DNA of 64,000 nucleotides from an uncultured delta proteobacterium (GTDB lineage: Bacteria; Desulfobacterota; Binatia; Binatales; Binataceae), in assembly GCA_963794325.1 (NCBI GenBank), contig CAWCDG010000004.1, positions 416,001 to 480,000 of the forward strand, given 5' to 3'. The number at the start of each line of letters is the position of its first letter. Positions within the stretch are counted from its first letter, which is position 1. Under the pieces are notes generated by a model that worked only from the letters and a program-made list of their open reading frames with translations, made no database searches and was not told where the DNA came from. A program made the position numbers and the translations under genes. Shown here piece after piece: positions 51,732 through 60,830 of the stretch.

Positions 51732-52361
51732 CTACGCGGCCGGCGCACTCGCCGCAGGGATCTGAAAGCCCGATCGCGCAAGGTAGCGCGCCGGAAAACG
51801 GCCGTTGAACACGAATCCTGATATCAACAGCACCGCCGGCAGCGCATAACTCAGCAGCGGCTTGGCCAGGTTGCCGCCGACCATGACACCCATCACGGCG
51901 AAGCCGATATTGACGGTCATCAACCCGCACCAGACCAGCGTCATCAGCAAATTGAGCCTAATGAAAATCGGATGTTCCCAGAATTCCCTCGGCGCACTTT
52001 CCCGCGCATACGCCGCTGTGAATGGACGCCCGATCACGACTGATCCCCACGCGCCAAGCGCGAAGCATGTCCAGATGATCACCGCGCCGTAGATAGGAAA
52101 CACCGGCAATCGCAGTCCGATGGTCAGCCCCGCGCCGATCACGAAGATCGTCAGCGTCGTCCAGTCCGTCAGTTTGATCGAAATGCCCGCCCGTACCACC
52201 AGCGCCAGATACACCACGCACAAAATCAGCCCGCCGCCAGTCGCGATTTGCCAATGATTGAAGCCGGACGCAACCCCGAACAAGATCCATGGCAGAAACG
52301 CTGCCACGCCGATCGGAATGATTTTCTTTTGTTCCGCCAAGCGTTCGCCCTTGATGCCCAT
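51732..52361 (-). CDS. Hypothetical multi-pass membrane protein
   Basis: AFLPWILF, GRPFTAAYARE..P..FW..P.F...N..MT.VW; coupled to the upstream LLM gene (TGATG). Confidence 0.75.
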   Translation of the reverse strand: MGIKGERLAEQKKIIPIGVAAFLPWILFGVASGFNHWQIATGGGLILCVVYLALVVRAGISIKLTDWTTLTIFVIGAGLTIGLRLPVFPIYGAVIIWTCFALGAWGSVVIGRPFTAAYARESAPREFWEHPIFIRLNLLMTLVWCGLMTVNIGFAVMGVMVGGNLAKPLLSYALPAVLLISGFVFNGRFPARYLARSGFQIPAASAPAA

Positions 52362-53245
52362 CACCCGATCTTCGCCGCCGGCTCCACCCACTCTCGCGCA
52401 ATCCGCTCAATCCATCCGCCAATCTGCGCCTCATCTTCGGGCGGACTGGTAATTATCACGAGTTCATCGACGCCGGCCGCGCCGTACTTCTTCAGATCGT
52501 CGGGGACGATCTTCTTGGTGTACGGACTCACGATAATTTCGACCTCGCGCGCATCGCGTCCATTCGCCTTCAGCATGGCGCGCAGCTGGTCGGCCAGCGG
52601 CGCCGCATCGTCAGGTCCGACGTTGAACCCGAACCATCCGTTGCCGATATCCGCAGTGCGCTTCAACGCGGGGCCGCTCTCCCCGCCGAAGATTATCGGC
52701 AGCTTCCCAGCTTGCACCGGCTTCGGATAACTTTTCGCCGCATCGAAATTCACGAACTCGCCATGGAATGTTGCCGCGTCGTCCGACCACAGCCGCCGCA
52801 TCACTTCGATATACTCGCGCGTCCGCTTTGCGCGCCGCTCGAAGGGAATCCCGAGCGCCGCGAATTCTTCCGCCGACCATCCGATTCCCACGCCCAGCGC
52901 GAATCGCCCGCCCGAGAGCCGGTCGAGGCTCGCCACTTCCTTCGCGAGCACCACCGGATTGTGCTCCGGCACCAGGCAAATTCCCGTCGCCAGCCGAATC
53001 GTTTTGGTCACGGCCGCGGCAAACGTCAGCGTGATAAATGGATCGAGCCAGTCGGCGCCGCCCGGCAGCGGGAACTCACCGCTCGCCGAGTACGGATATT
53101 TCGAATCCTGCCGATCGAAGAGCACGACGTGCTCGCCGACCCACAGCGTCGAGACACCCCGACGCTCAGCCTCGATAGCCGTCTTCAGAATCGAGCCGGG
53201 ACGCGCGCCCGTGCCGATTCCCAGAGCGAACAGTCCGACTTTCAT
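52361..53245 (-). CDS. LLM class (probably F420-dependent) oxidoreductase
   Basis: LWVGEHVV, DPFITL, LAKEVASLDRLSGGRF.LGVG.GW..EEF and PKPVQ motifs. Confidence 0.9.
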   Translation of the reverse strand: MKVGLFALGIGTGARPGSILKTAIEAERRGVSTLWVGEHVVLFDRQDSKYPYSASGEFPLPGGADWLDPFITLTFAAAVTKTIRLATGICLVPEHNPVVLAKEVASLDRLSGGRFALGVGIGWSAEEFAALGIPFERRAKRTREYIEVMRRLWSDDAATFHGEFVNFDAAKSYPKPVQAGKLPIIFGGESGPALKRTADIGNGWFGFNVGPDDAAPLADQLRAMLKANGRDAREVEIIVSPYTKKIVPDDLKKYGAAGVDELVIITSPPEDEAQIGGWIERIAREWVEPAAKIG

Positions 53246-53284
53246 TTTTTCACTTTTTCACTTTTCATTTTTTCACTTTTCACT
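53240..53284 (-). repeat. Short tandem (G/A)TGAAAA(A) repeats, six units
   Basis: Minus strand gtgaaaa-gtgaaaaa-atgaaaa-gtgaaaaa-gtgaaaaa-atgaaa spans the whole intergenic gap. Confidence 0.7.
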
Positions 53285-54152
53285 GTCCCGAACCCGCACC
53301 GTCCGCGCCCTTCGCGACGGCCGGCGCCTTCACGAACTTGAGCATGAAGCGATCGGTCGCGCCGCGATGCTTGAATACGAGCCAAGTGCGATCGTCCTCA
53401 GGATGCCGCAGCGCGCTCGACGCGCCGTAAAGTTTGAAGCCCACCTTCTCGACATCCTTGATTAAAAAATCCTCGTCGATTCGATGCAGCGTGGTGGTGT
53501 CAGCAGCTCCCGTGCCAGCCGGGGCGCTGTGATCGACGATCCCGTAAATCCCGCCGGGCTTCAGCGCCTTGAACACCGCCGCGTTCAGGTTCTCGGTATT
53601 CATCTTGAAGCCGACGATATCGTGGTAGTTGAGATGGATAATGACGGCGTCGAGCGAATCAGGCGGCACCGGTAGCAAGTCGGGCGCGTCGAACGGCTTG
53701 CTGACCTTGACCACGTTTTTGAGCGCAGGCTTCTTGAGCCGTTCGTCCCATTGTTCTCCGATTTTCTTGAACTGCTCCGGAAACGGAATGTTCTGCGAGT
53801 ACACGGTGCCTTTCGGTCCGACCACTCGCGCAAACAGCTCAGTCATGTATCCGCCACCGGCAAAAATATCGGCGACCTTCATCCCCGGCTTGATTCCATA
53901 GAACGCCAGGATCTGATCGGGCTTGCGCCCCGCGTCGAGCGCCTTGTCGGCAGCCGGCCGTTCCGGCGAATTGATCGCATCGGTAATGTCCGCGGGAATC
54001 TGCGTTTGGGGAATCGGCGGTGCTTCAGCCGTACTGGTCGCAACCGGCTGCATCTGCGCGCGCGCCGCCGCTGCGATCAAACCAAATCCAACGAATGCGA
54101 TTAAAGTTGAGCAAATCAGCAGGTCGGTTCTAATCCGCATCCTGATAGTCAT
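53280..54152 (-). CDS. Predicted secreted class I SAM-dependent methyltransferase
   Basis: Signal-like N-terminus, DAGRKP..IL.F.GIKPGMKVAD..AGGGY.TE, LNYHD, LKPGG.Y.IVDH and TDRFMLKF. Confidence 0.85.
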   Translation of the reverse strand: MTIRMRIRTDLLICSTLIAFVGFGLIAAAARAQMQPVATSTAEAPPIPQTQIPADITDAINSPERPAADKALDAGRKPDQILAFYGIKPGMKVADIFAGGGYMTELFARVVGPKGTVYSQNIPFPEQFKKIGEQWDERLKKPALKNVVKVSKPFDAPDLLPVPPDSLDAVIIHLNYHDIVGFKMNTENLNAAVFKALKPGGIYGIVDHSAPAGTGAADTTTLHRIDEDFLIKDVEKVGFKLYGASSALRHPEDDRTWLVFKHRGATDRFMLKFVKAPAVAKGADGAGSGQ

Positions 54153-54260
54153 CTAAGATTCTCCGCAAAGCATTGGATCGTGTTCCCAATCGACAGCTAA
54201 CACACCCCTCGCAAACTGAGCAATGCAATTTCTTGCACAGCTTTTATGCGCGTCGTTACC

Positions 54261-54345
54261 AGTAGGACGGAATTTATTCCGTCAAATCTGTTCTTGTCCG
54301 AGAAACGCTGTATGAAGACATCGACGAAATAAATTTCGTCCTACT
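54261..54345. repeat. REPIN-like doublet of GTAG-headed REP palindromes
   Basis: agtaggacggaatttattccgtc (54261-54283) and gacgaaataaatttcgtcctact (54323-54345). Confidence 0.85.
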
Positions 54346-54407
54346 ATGTCCCCAAAAAAGAACCTGAGAGCAAAAGGGCGTACTCGCCATTTTGCGATTA
54401 GTTCTAA

Positions 54408-54487
54408 GGTGCAGGGCTTAGCCCTGCCCAAGGAGGCGCGGAACCCACGGTGGGTTCCGCATTAAATAAAGTGATCTACCCTTCCCC
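54408..54487 (+). repeat. Family B repeat (covarying copy)
   Basis: ggtgcagggcttagccctgcccaaggaggcgcggaacccacggtgggttccgcatta...aagtga..cttccc parallels 57798..57876. Confidence 0.8.
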
Positions 54488-54488
54488 C

Positions 54489-56174
54489 CTAACGCGATGC
54501 CGCCGTCTTCTGATCCGCCACCGACGCCGGCAGCTCTACATCCGCATGCACCCACGCCTTCTTCAGTCGCGCATCGACGCTTGCCGCCTCGTCCGACGCG
54601 TTGCGCGCGCGAAGGCATAGCTCAAGTCCGTTGAGCGACCATCCATTTTCAGGATACTGCTTCAGATCGTCGCGAAAGACCTGCTCCGCATCGGCGGTCT
54701 TGCCGTCAGCGAGCAATTCCATGCCCAACGTTTCACGCACCGGGTAATACCAGGCCGGCGGCTCTTCGTAGTTGAGCGCGTCCTGAATCGCGACGGCGTT
54801 TTTCAGATTCTTGATCGCATCGTCATGGCGGCCTTGCGCGGAATCGATCTCGCCGCCGAGCGTCTCCGATGCGATCGAGAGCAATCGATTCGCCGGATTG
54901 AATCCCACTACTCGGTCGCTCGGCGTCGACGCGGCGATCGCATCGAGTTTCTTTTTTTCAGCGAGCGCATCGTCGGGCCGATTCTTCGCGGCAAACGCGA
55001 GGCCGCGCGCGTAATGCCAGATTCCGGCAGTGAAATTCAGGTCCGCCGGCGGCGCATGTTCTTTGAGGATCGCGTCCCACTTGCTGAAGCGTGCTTCGGT
55101 GAAATATCGCGACGGCGTGACACCTTCCGCCATCGGCATCTGGCGGACCGTCTCGAGCGGCACCGCGGCGTCGAGTTCGCGCGCCACTTTGAACGCGCCG
55201 CGGCTGTTGCCCTCCATCATGTACGACGCCCACAGAAATTGAATGTTGTGCGGGACGTACATCAGCGGGTAGATGCCTTTGGGGCTGCGCTCGCGCAGAT
55301 AGACCTTGTCGGCCTTGATTGCCGCTTCGTTGGCCGCGGCGGACGCGTCGTAATCACCGGTGCGAAAGTAGATATGCGACGGCATATGCACGATATGGCC
55401 GGCCGCGGGCGCCAGCTTTGGGAGCCGCTGAGCGCTTGCCAGCGCACGCTCCGGATCGGGCGACGCCTCGACCGTGTGGATATAATAGTGATTGGCCCCG
55501 AGATGGTCGGGATAATTCGCCATCACGCCCTCGAGCGTCGCGACAATCTCCGGGGTCCCGTCAACCGGCTTGCCGTCGAGCGTCCAGAGACCCCACGGAT
55601 GCAAATCCATCATCGACTCGGCGAACAGCGCGCCGGCGTCCGGGTCGTCGGGATTGTCATGCGCAACTTTGCGCATCGCATTCGCATAAGCGAGTTGCTG
55701 GGCGTCGGTCATCTTGCCGTCGGGCGCGTAGCGATTGGCGAGCGCGTCGATATATTCGCGCTCGGGCGCGCTGGCATTCGCTTCGAGTGATTTGGCCTTG
55801 ATGATTGCGGCGTAAGCCGCTTTGCCGCGTTCGGTGTCCTCGGGCTGATTGATATTCGGTCCGAGCGAAAGTGCGATTCCCCAATAAGCCATCGCAAGAT
55901 TCGGATCGTACTGCGCGGCCTGCCTGAACGAATTAGCCGCCTCGTCGTGATTGAAAGCATAAACCAGGGTCAGCCCCTGATCGAAAAACCGTTGCGCAAG
56001 CACGGAATTAGTTTTGGTAGTAACCGGATGATGCAGGCCGCCAAGCCCGTCAAAGATCGGCTCCCGCTCCGAATCAACGGAAGCCTGCAAATCGCTATTG
56101 TCGGCCCGAGCAGATTTGGCTAACGCGGAACAAACCAGGATGGCGGCGGCCGCCAAAAAAACGCGTCGCTTCAT
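54489..56174 (-). CDS. Secreted TPR-repeat protein with conserved His clusters
   Basis: SD ggaggtg, signal peptide, AQRFFDQGL...YAFNHDEA, HLGANHYYIH, GHIVHMPSHIY and YEEPPAWYYP. Confidence 0.85.
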   Translation of the reverse strand: MKRRVFLAAAAILVCSALAKSARADNSDLQASVDSEREPIFDGLGGLHHPVTTKTNSVLAQRFFDQGLTLVYAFNHDEAANSFRQAAQYDPNLAMAYWGIALSLGPNINQPEDTERGKAAYAAIIKAKSLEANASAPEREYIDALANRYAPDGKMTDAQQLAYANAMRKVAHDNPDDPDAGALFAESMMDLHPWGLWTLDGKPVDGTPEIVATLEGVMANYPDHLGANHYYIHTVEASPDPERALASAQRLPKLAPAAGHIVHMPSHIYFRTGDYDASAAANEAAIKADKVYLRERSPKGIYPLMYVPHNIQFLWASYMMEGNSRGAFKVARELDAAVPLETVRQMPMAEGVTPSRYFTEARFSKWDAILKEHAPPADLNFTAGIWHYARGLAFAAKNRPDDALAEKKKLDAIAASTPSDRVVGFNPANRLLSIASETLGGEIDSAQGRHDDAIKNLKNAVAIQDALNYEEPPAWYYPVRETLGMELLADGKTADAEQVFRDDLKQYPENGWSLNGLELCLRARNASDEAASVDARLKKAWVHADVELPASVADQKTAASR

Positions 56175-56240
56175 CGTCACCTCCATCGCATTGTGGTAAC
56201 ACGCGCGCCGCAAGCCGCAAAGATGGCGCAGGCCGCTATC

Positions 56241-56286
56241 CGCGATTGTCCCCCTTCCCTCGAGGGAAGGGGTCAGGGGTTAGGTT
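56241..56286 (-). repeat. Family A repeat
   Basis: Reverse complement differs from 63543..63588 at 2 of 46 positions. Confidence 0.9.
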
Positions 56287-56310
56287 GTCGGGCTCGCGGA
56301 AGCCCCTGAT

Positions 56311-56988
56311 TCACCAAATCAATGGCACCAGGCGATGCCTCACTTTCCTCTGATACTCGCAGTATCCCGCCAGATTTTTCGCCAGGAATTTCTCTTCATC
56401 GAGAAGCCGCAACACCAGCACGACCACCATCGGAACAATCGCGATCAATCCCCAATACGAGCCGAGCGCGAGCGGTACTCCCACCAGCATCACCAGCGCG
56501 CCGATATACATCGGATGACGCACGAGCGCGTACGGCCCGGTCGTGACCACCTTCTGCTCGGCGCCGATTTCAATCGTTCCAGAGGCAAAGGTGTTTTCCT
56601 TGAACACGAGAAATACAAGGTAGAATCCGACTACGATCAGGATATCGCCGAGCGCGATCAAAGACGGCGGCACCGTTGACCACGAGAAACGATGATCGAG
56701 TGCGGAGACCACAAACAGCCCGATGAATGCCAGCGCGGCGAAGGCCTGGATGATGTTCTGGCTCCGCTCCTGCTCGGCACCCACGCCCGCTTTAACCCGC
56801 CGCTCGAGGAGTTTCGGATCATTTTTCATCAGATAGAGAGTGACCGCGAGCGTGCACGCGAAAAAAATCGCGACCATAACCCACGCCTGCCAGTAATCAA
56901 GCGTCCACGAGGGCAGGAAAATCGTCAGCCCGAGCATCATTAGAAGCTGGAGCATTCCAGCGAAGGCCTTGATGTTCAGTTGGCTCAT
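56311..56988 (-). CDS. Isoprenylcysteine carboxylmethyltransferase/PEMT family membrane protein
   Basis: DPKLLERR, LDHRFSWS, ENTFAS, TTGPYALVRHPMY and RLLDEE..L...L.GY..Y motifs. Confidence 0.88.
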   Translation of the reverse strand: MSQLNIKAFAGMLQLLMMLGLTIFLPSWTLDYWQAWVMVAIFFACTLAVTLYLMKNDPKLLERRVKAGVGAEQERSQNIIQAFAALAFIGLFVVSALDHRFSWSTVPPSLIALGDILIVVGFYLVFLVFKENTFASGTIEIGAEQKVVTTGPYALVRHPMYIGALVMLVGVPLALGSYWGLIAIVPMVVVLVLRLLDEEKFLAKNLAGYCEYQRKVRHRLVPLIW

Positions 56989-56991
56989 CGT

Positions 56992-57525
56992 TCACGCCAC
57001 ATGGCTTCTTTTTGAACGCGCGGATAGAGTCGCGCGCTTCGAATTGGCAACGCCGAGCTCAGCTTTGCGCGCGCGCCACCGCTCCAGCATCGCCGTCAGC
57101 TCGGTCTGGATGAATTCGAAAAACGCGAGCGTCTCGGCGATTCGCGCGCCCGCTGCCGTGTCGCGTCCCACCACCTCGATTCCCTCGCGCAGGCTGCGCT
57201 CGCATCGATCGAGCACCTGGTCCTTGCGCGCGATCGCCTCGTACCAGATCTCGTTGTGCACGCGGTAGTGCTCGCGCCGCGACCCGGGCTCCGCCTCGCG
57301 GCTGGCCAGGTTGACCTGAACAAGATAACTGACCGCGCCGGAAATCGCCGCCGCGCTGACATGCAGCAGCGCCGCCAATTCAGCCGCCGTAAGCCGCCCC
57401 GAATCGGTCGCCAGCAGCGCGGCAAACACCCGCGCCGGCATCCTCGGAAACCCCGACTCAGTCAGCACCGAGGCGAACCGCTCGATAAATCCCGAACGGG
57501 TCTTGTCGCGATTAGGAACTTTCAT
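56992..57525 (-). CDS. GbsR/MarR family transcriptional regulator
   Basis: GFPRMPARVFAALL, LTAAELA..L.VS.AAISGAV.YL and GSRREHY motifs. Confidence 0.88.
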   Translation of the reverse strand: MKVPNRDKTRSGFIERFASVLTESGFPRMPARVFAALLATDSGRLTAAELAALLHVSAAAISGAVSYLVQVNLASREAEPGSRREHYRVHNEIWYEAIARKDQVLDRCERSLREGIEVVGRDTAAGARIAETLAFFEFIQTELTAMLERWRARKAELGVANSKRATLSARSKRSHVA

Positions 57526-57563
57526 AATATCATGAACATACTGTGGATTAAGAATTCTGTCAA
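57521..57563 (-). promoter_or_regulatory. Sigma-70 promoter plus candidate autoregulatory operator of the GbsR-family gene
   Basis: Minus strand TTGACA-17 nt-TATGTT; inverted repeat TTCAT-N6-ATGAA (57521-57536) overlaps the start codon. Confidence 0.65.
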
Positions 57564-57587
57564 CCGAAGTGTTCTAGGAAAGAGCCG

Positions 57588-57620
57588 GGGTTCTTCGCTT
57601 CGCTCTGAATGACACAAAGA
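57588..57620 (+). repeat. Family D repeat
   Basis: gggttcttcgcttcgctctgaatgacacaaaga matches the reverse complement of 16763..16796. Confidence 0.75.
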
Positions 57621-57670
57621 CGGAACTACGCAAAAAGCGAGCGCGCGAGCTTTTGTGATGTGGCCCAGCA

Positions 57671-57728
57671 CCCTCACCTACCGACGGCTGCGCCGCCGGC
57701 TTCCTCTCCCGTAAAGTAACGGGCGAAG
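57671..57728 (+). repeat. CCCTCACC-headed double-hairpin element (related to family C)
   Basis: ccctcacc-taccgacggctgcgccgccgg-cttcctctcccgt-aaagta-acggg; single copy here. Confidence 0.5.
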
Positions 57729-57752
57729 TAAGATTCGGACGCCTCCTCCCTT

Positions 57753-57876
57753 AACCCTTCTAACAGGGACAAAGTCCCGCATCCTCTCTTAACACTGGGT
57801 GCAGGGGGTCACCCCTGCCCAAGGAAGCGTGAAACCCAGGCGGGTTTCACATTAGATGAAGTGACTTGCTCTTCCC
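57753..57876 (+). repeat. Family B tandem-hairpin repeat, full copy
   Basis: Aligns with the 34036 copy (5' part) and the 54408 copy (3' tail). Confidence 0.9.
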
Positions 57877-57925
57877 TACGTATCTCGCGCGCGGCAAGAT
57901 TGACGATGCGGCGCGGCCGCTCGCG

Positions 57926-59902
57926 ATGAACCCAGACACGCAATCCAATTCCTCGGACCTCACTCCCGGCTTCGGCGGACTGCGGGTCGTCGCCTTCGAG
58001 AGCCGGATGGCATCCGAAGTCGCCACGATGATCGAACGTCGCGGCGGCGTCGCGATTGTCGCGCCCGCGATGCGCGAGGTTCCCCTCGACGACAATCACG
58101 CCGCGCTGGACTTTGCGCAGCGTCTGCTCGCCAACGAAAGCGAGTTCGACGTGGTCATCTTCATGACCGGCGTCGGCACGCGCGCGTTGTTCGCCGCGAT
58201 GGAGACGCGGCATCAGCGACTCGACGCTCGTCGTCGGCGCTAAGCTCGATCGTAAGCGTGGCGCGCGGACCTAAACCGATTCGCGCGATGCGGGATCTCG
58301 GCTTCGAACCGTCAATCGTCGTGCCAGAGCCGAATACCTGGCGCGAAGTGATGAGCGCGCTGGCGGCGCAGCTCAATCTCAAGGGCAAGCGCGTCGCGAT
58401 CCAGGAATACGGAGTCTCAAATCACGAACTGACCGCCGGGCTCGAAGCGCGCGGGGCCCGCGTCACGATAGTCCCGGTCTATAGATGGACGCTGCCGGCC
58501 GATCGCGCGCCGCTGCACGCGGCGTTGAACGCGATCGCCGATGGCGCCGCGGACGTCGCGATTTTCACCAGCTCGAACCAGGTCACCAACGTCATCCAGC
58601 TCGCAGAGGCCGAAGGAATCGGCGACAGCGTCAAGCGCGGATTCGCGCGGATGGCGGTCGGCTCGATCGGCCCGGTCTGTTCGGAGCAGATTCGCGCGTA
58701 CGGGCTGAGCGTGGACTTCGAGCCCGAGCATTCGAAGCTCGGTCATCTGGTCAAAGAGGCGGCGGCGCAAGCTGCCTCGATTCTAATCGCCAAGCGCGCG
58801 AATGCCGATCGTATCGAAGCGGTAGCGTCGCCAAATCCGCGCCCCGCCGCATCCTCGAACGCGCCGCGATCCCCGCTCGCCGATCATCCGATGATGAAAG
58901 CGTGCCGGCGCGAGCCGGCCCCGTACACTCCGATTTGGCTGATGCGACAGGCGGGCCGCTACATGCCGGAGTATCGGCGCGTTCGCGAGCAGCACGATTT
59001 TCTCGACCTGTGCAAGCGCCCTGAGCTGTCCGCCGAAATCACCGTCACCGCGGCTGAGCGGCTCAAGGTGGATGCGGCGATCATTTTCGCGGACATACTG
59101 CTGCCGCTCATCCCGATGGAAGTCGGGTTGCATTTCGAAAAAGGCGACGGGCCGGTGATCGATCGCCCAATTCGCACCGAGGCCGACCTCGAGCGGATTC
59201 CCGACGTTGATGTGTCCGCGCTCGGCTTTCGTCGGCGACGCGATCAGGCTGGTCCATCGCGCAATCGGTGCGACGACTCCGCTGATCGGATTCGCCGGCG
59301 CGCCGTTCACGCTCGCGTCGTATCTGATCGAGGGCGGCTCGTCGCGACAATATCAAGCCACCAAAACTTTCATGTACACGCAGCCCGAAACGTGGCATCG
59401 CCTGATGGAGCTGCTCGCGCGCATCACTGCTGACTATCTGAAGATGCAAATCGCGGCGGGCGCCGACATCATCCAGATTTTCGACAGTTGGGTCGGCAGC
59501 CTCGGCCCCGACGACTACCGGCGCTTCGTGCTGCCGCACACCGCGTCGGTGATCGCGGCGATTCCCGCCGACGTGCCGGTGATTCATTTCGGCACCGTGA
59601 CCGGCAACCTGCTCGAGCTGATTCGCGAGGCTGGCGGTGACGTTATCGGTCTCGACTGGCGCGTCGATCTCGCGGAAGCGTGGGCACGCCTCAACTACAG
59701 CGTCGCGGTGCAGGGCAATCTCGATCCAATCGCGCTGTTCGCCGGCGTTCCTGAAATTCGCGCGCGCGCCCGTGCGATTCTCGATCAGGCCGGCGGACGT
59801 CCCGGCCACATTTTCAATCTCGGCCACGGAATCCTTCCCGAGACGCCGGTCGATCACGCGATCGCGCTGGTCGACGCGGTTCACGAGATGAGCGCGCGCT
59901 GA
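57926..59902 (+). CDS. hemE: Uroporphyrinogen-III synthase (HemD)-uroporphyrinogen decarboxylase (HemE) fusion, with apparent indels near 58220, 58234 and 59228
   Basis: HemD motifs (FESRMA.E....IERRGG, FMTGVG, ARGPKP, VPVYRW, FTSSNQ, SIGPVCS) run in one frame into HemE motifs (PIWLMRQAGRYMPEYR, DAAIIFADIL). They continue after the indel as GFAGAPFTLASY, QIFDSW, QGNLDP and HIFNLGHG. Confidence 0.88.
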
Positions 59903-59906
59903 CCTG

Positions 59907-60830
59907 ATGGCCGCGAAGGCAAAGTGCGACGCGGTTCTTATGATCGGATTCGGCGGACCGACACGCACCGACGAAGTACGTCCGTTCCTCGACAACGTGC
60001 TGCGCGGACGGCCAATTCCGCGCGAGCGCTACGAGGAAGTCGTGCATCATTACGATCGCCTCGGCGGGCGCTCGCCGTACAATGATCTCACGATGCGACA
60101 GGCCGCCGCTCTGCGCGCCGAGCTCGAAAAAAAAGGCGTGCAGGTGCCGGTCGCAGTCGGAATGCGCAACTGGAAACCGTATATCGCCGACTCGATGCGA
60201 ACGCTCGCCGACGCTGGCGCGCGCCGCGTGCTCGGCTTCATCATGGCGGCGCATCGCAGCGAGGCGAGCTTCGAGCGCTACCAGGCGACCGTCAACGATG
60301 CGCTCGCTGAGCTGGGCGGTACCGCGCCCGAGGTCGTGTATCCCCAGCCGTGGCACGACCATCCGCTGTTCGTGACTGCCGTGGCGTCGCGCGCGCGTGA
60401 GGCGCTCAGCCGACTGGAACCTCCGGAGCGATCTCGCGCGCGGCTAATTTTCACCGCGCACAGCATTCCCGTCGCGATGGCGGATGCGGGGCCGTACGTC
60501 GATCAGCTCACGCAATCGGCGCGGATAGTTGCGGCGGATCTCGGAATCGACACGTGGCAATTCGCGTATCAGAGCCGCAGCGGCAACCCGCGCGACGCAT
60601 GGCTCGAACCCGATATCAAGGACACGCTGCGCAGCCTCGACGCGAAGACTGCGGTCGTCGTGCCGATCGGTTTTTTGTGCGATCACGTCGAGGTGCTGTA
60701 CGATCTCGATATCGAAGCGGCGCAAGTCGCGCGCGACGCCGGGATCAGGATGGAACGCGCGCCGACGGTCGGCGACCATCCGCTGTTCATCGAGATGATG
60801 GCCTCGATCGTCGCGGCGCACGCGCGTTGA
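59907..60830 (+). CDS. hemH: Ferrochelatase (coproporphyrin/protoporphyrin)
   Basis: GGP, HY..LGGRSP, GMRNWKPY, FTAHSIP, YQSRSG....WLEP and GFLCDHVEVLYDLD motifs. Confidence 0.93.
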   Translation: MAAKAKCDAVLMIGFGGPTRTDEVRPFLDNVLRGRPIPRERYEEVVHHYDRLGGRSPYNDLTMRQAAALRAELEKKGVQVPVAVGMRNWKPYIADSMRTLADAGARRVLGFIMAAHRSEASFERYQATVNDALAELGGTAPEVVYPQPWHDHPLFVTAVASRAREALSRLEPPERSRARLIFTAHSIPVAMADAGPYVDQLTQSARIVAADLGIDTWQFAYQSRSGNPRDAWLEPDIKDTLRSLDAKTAVVVPIGFLCDHVEVLYDLDIEAAQVARDAGIRMERAPTVGDHPLFIEMMASIVAAHAR

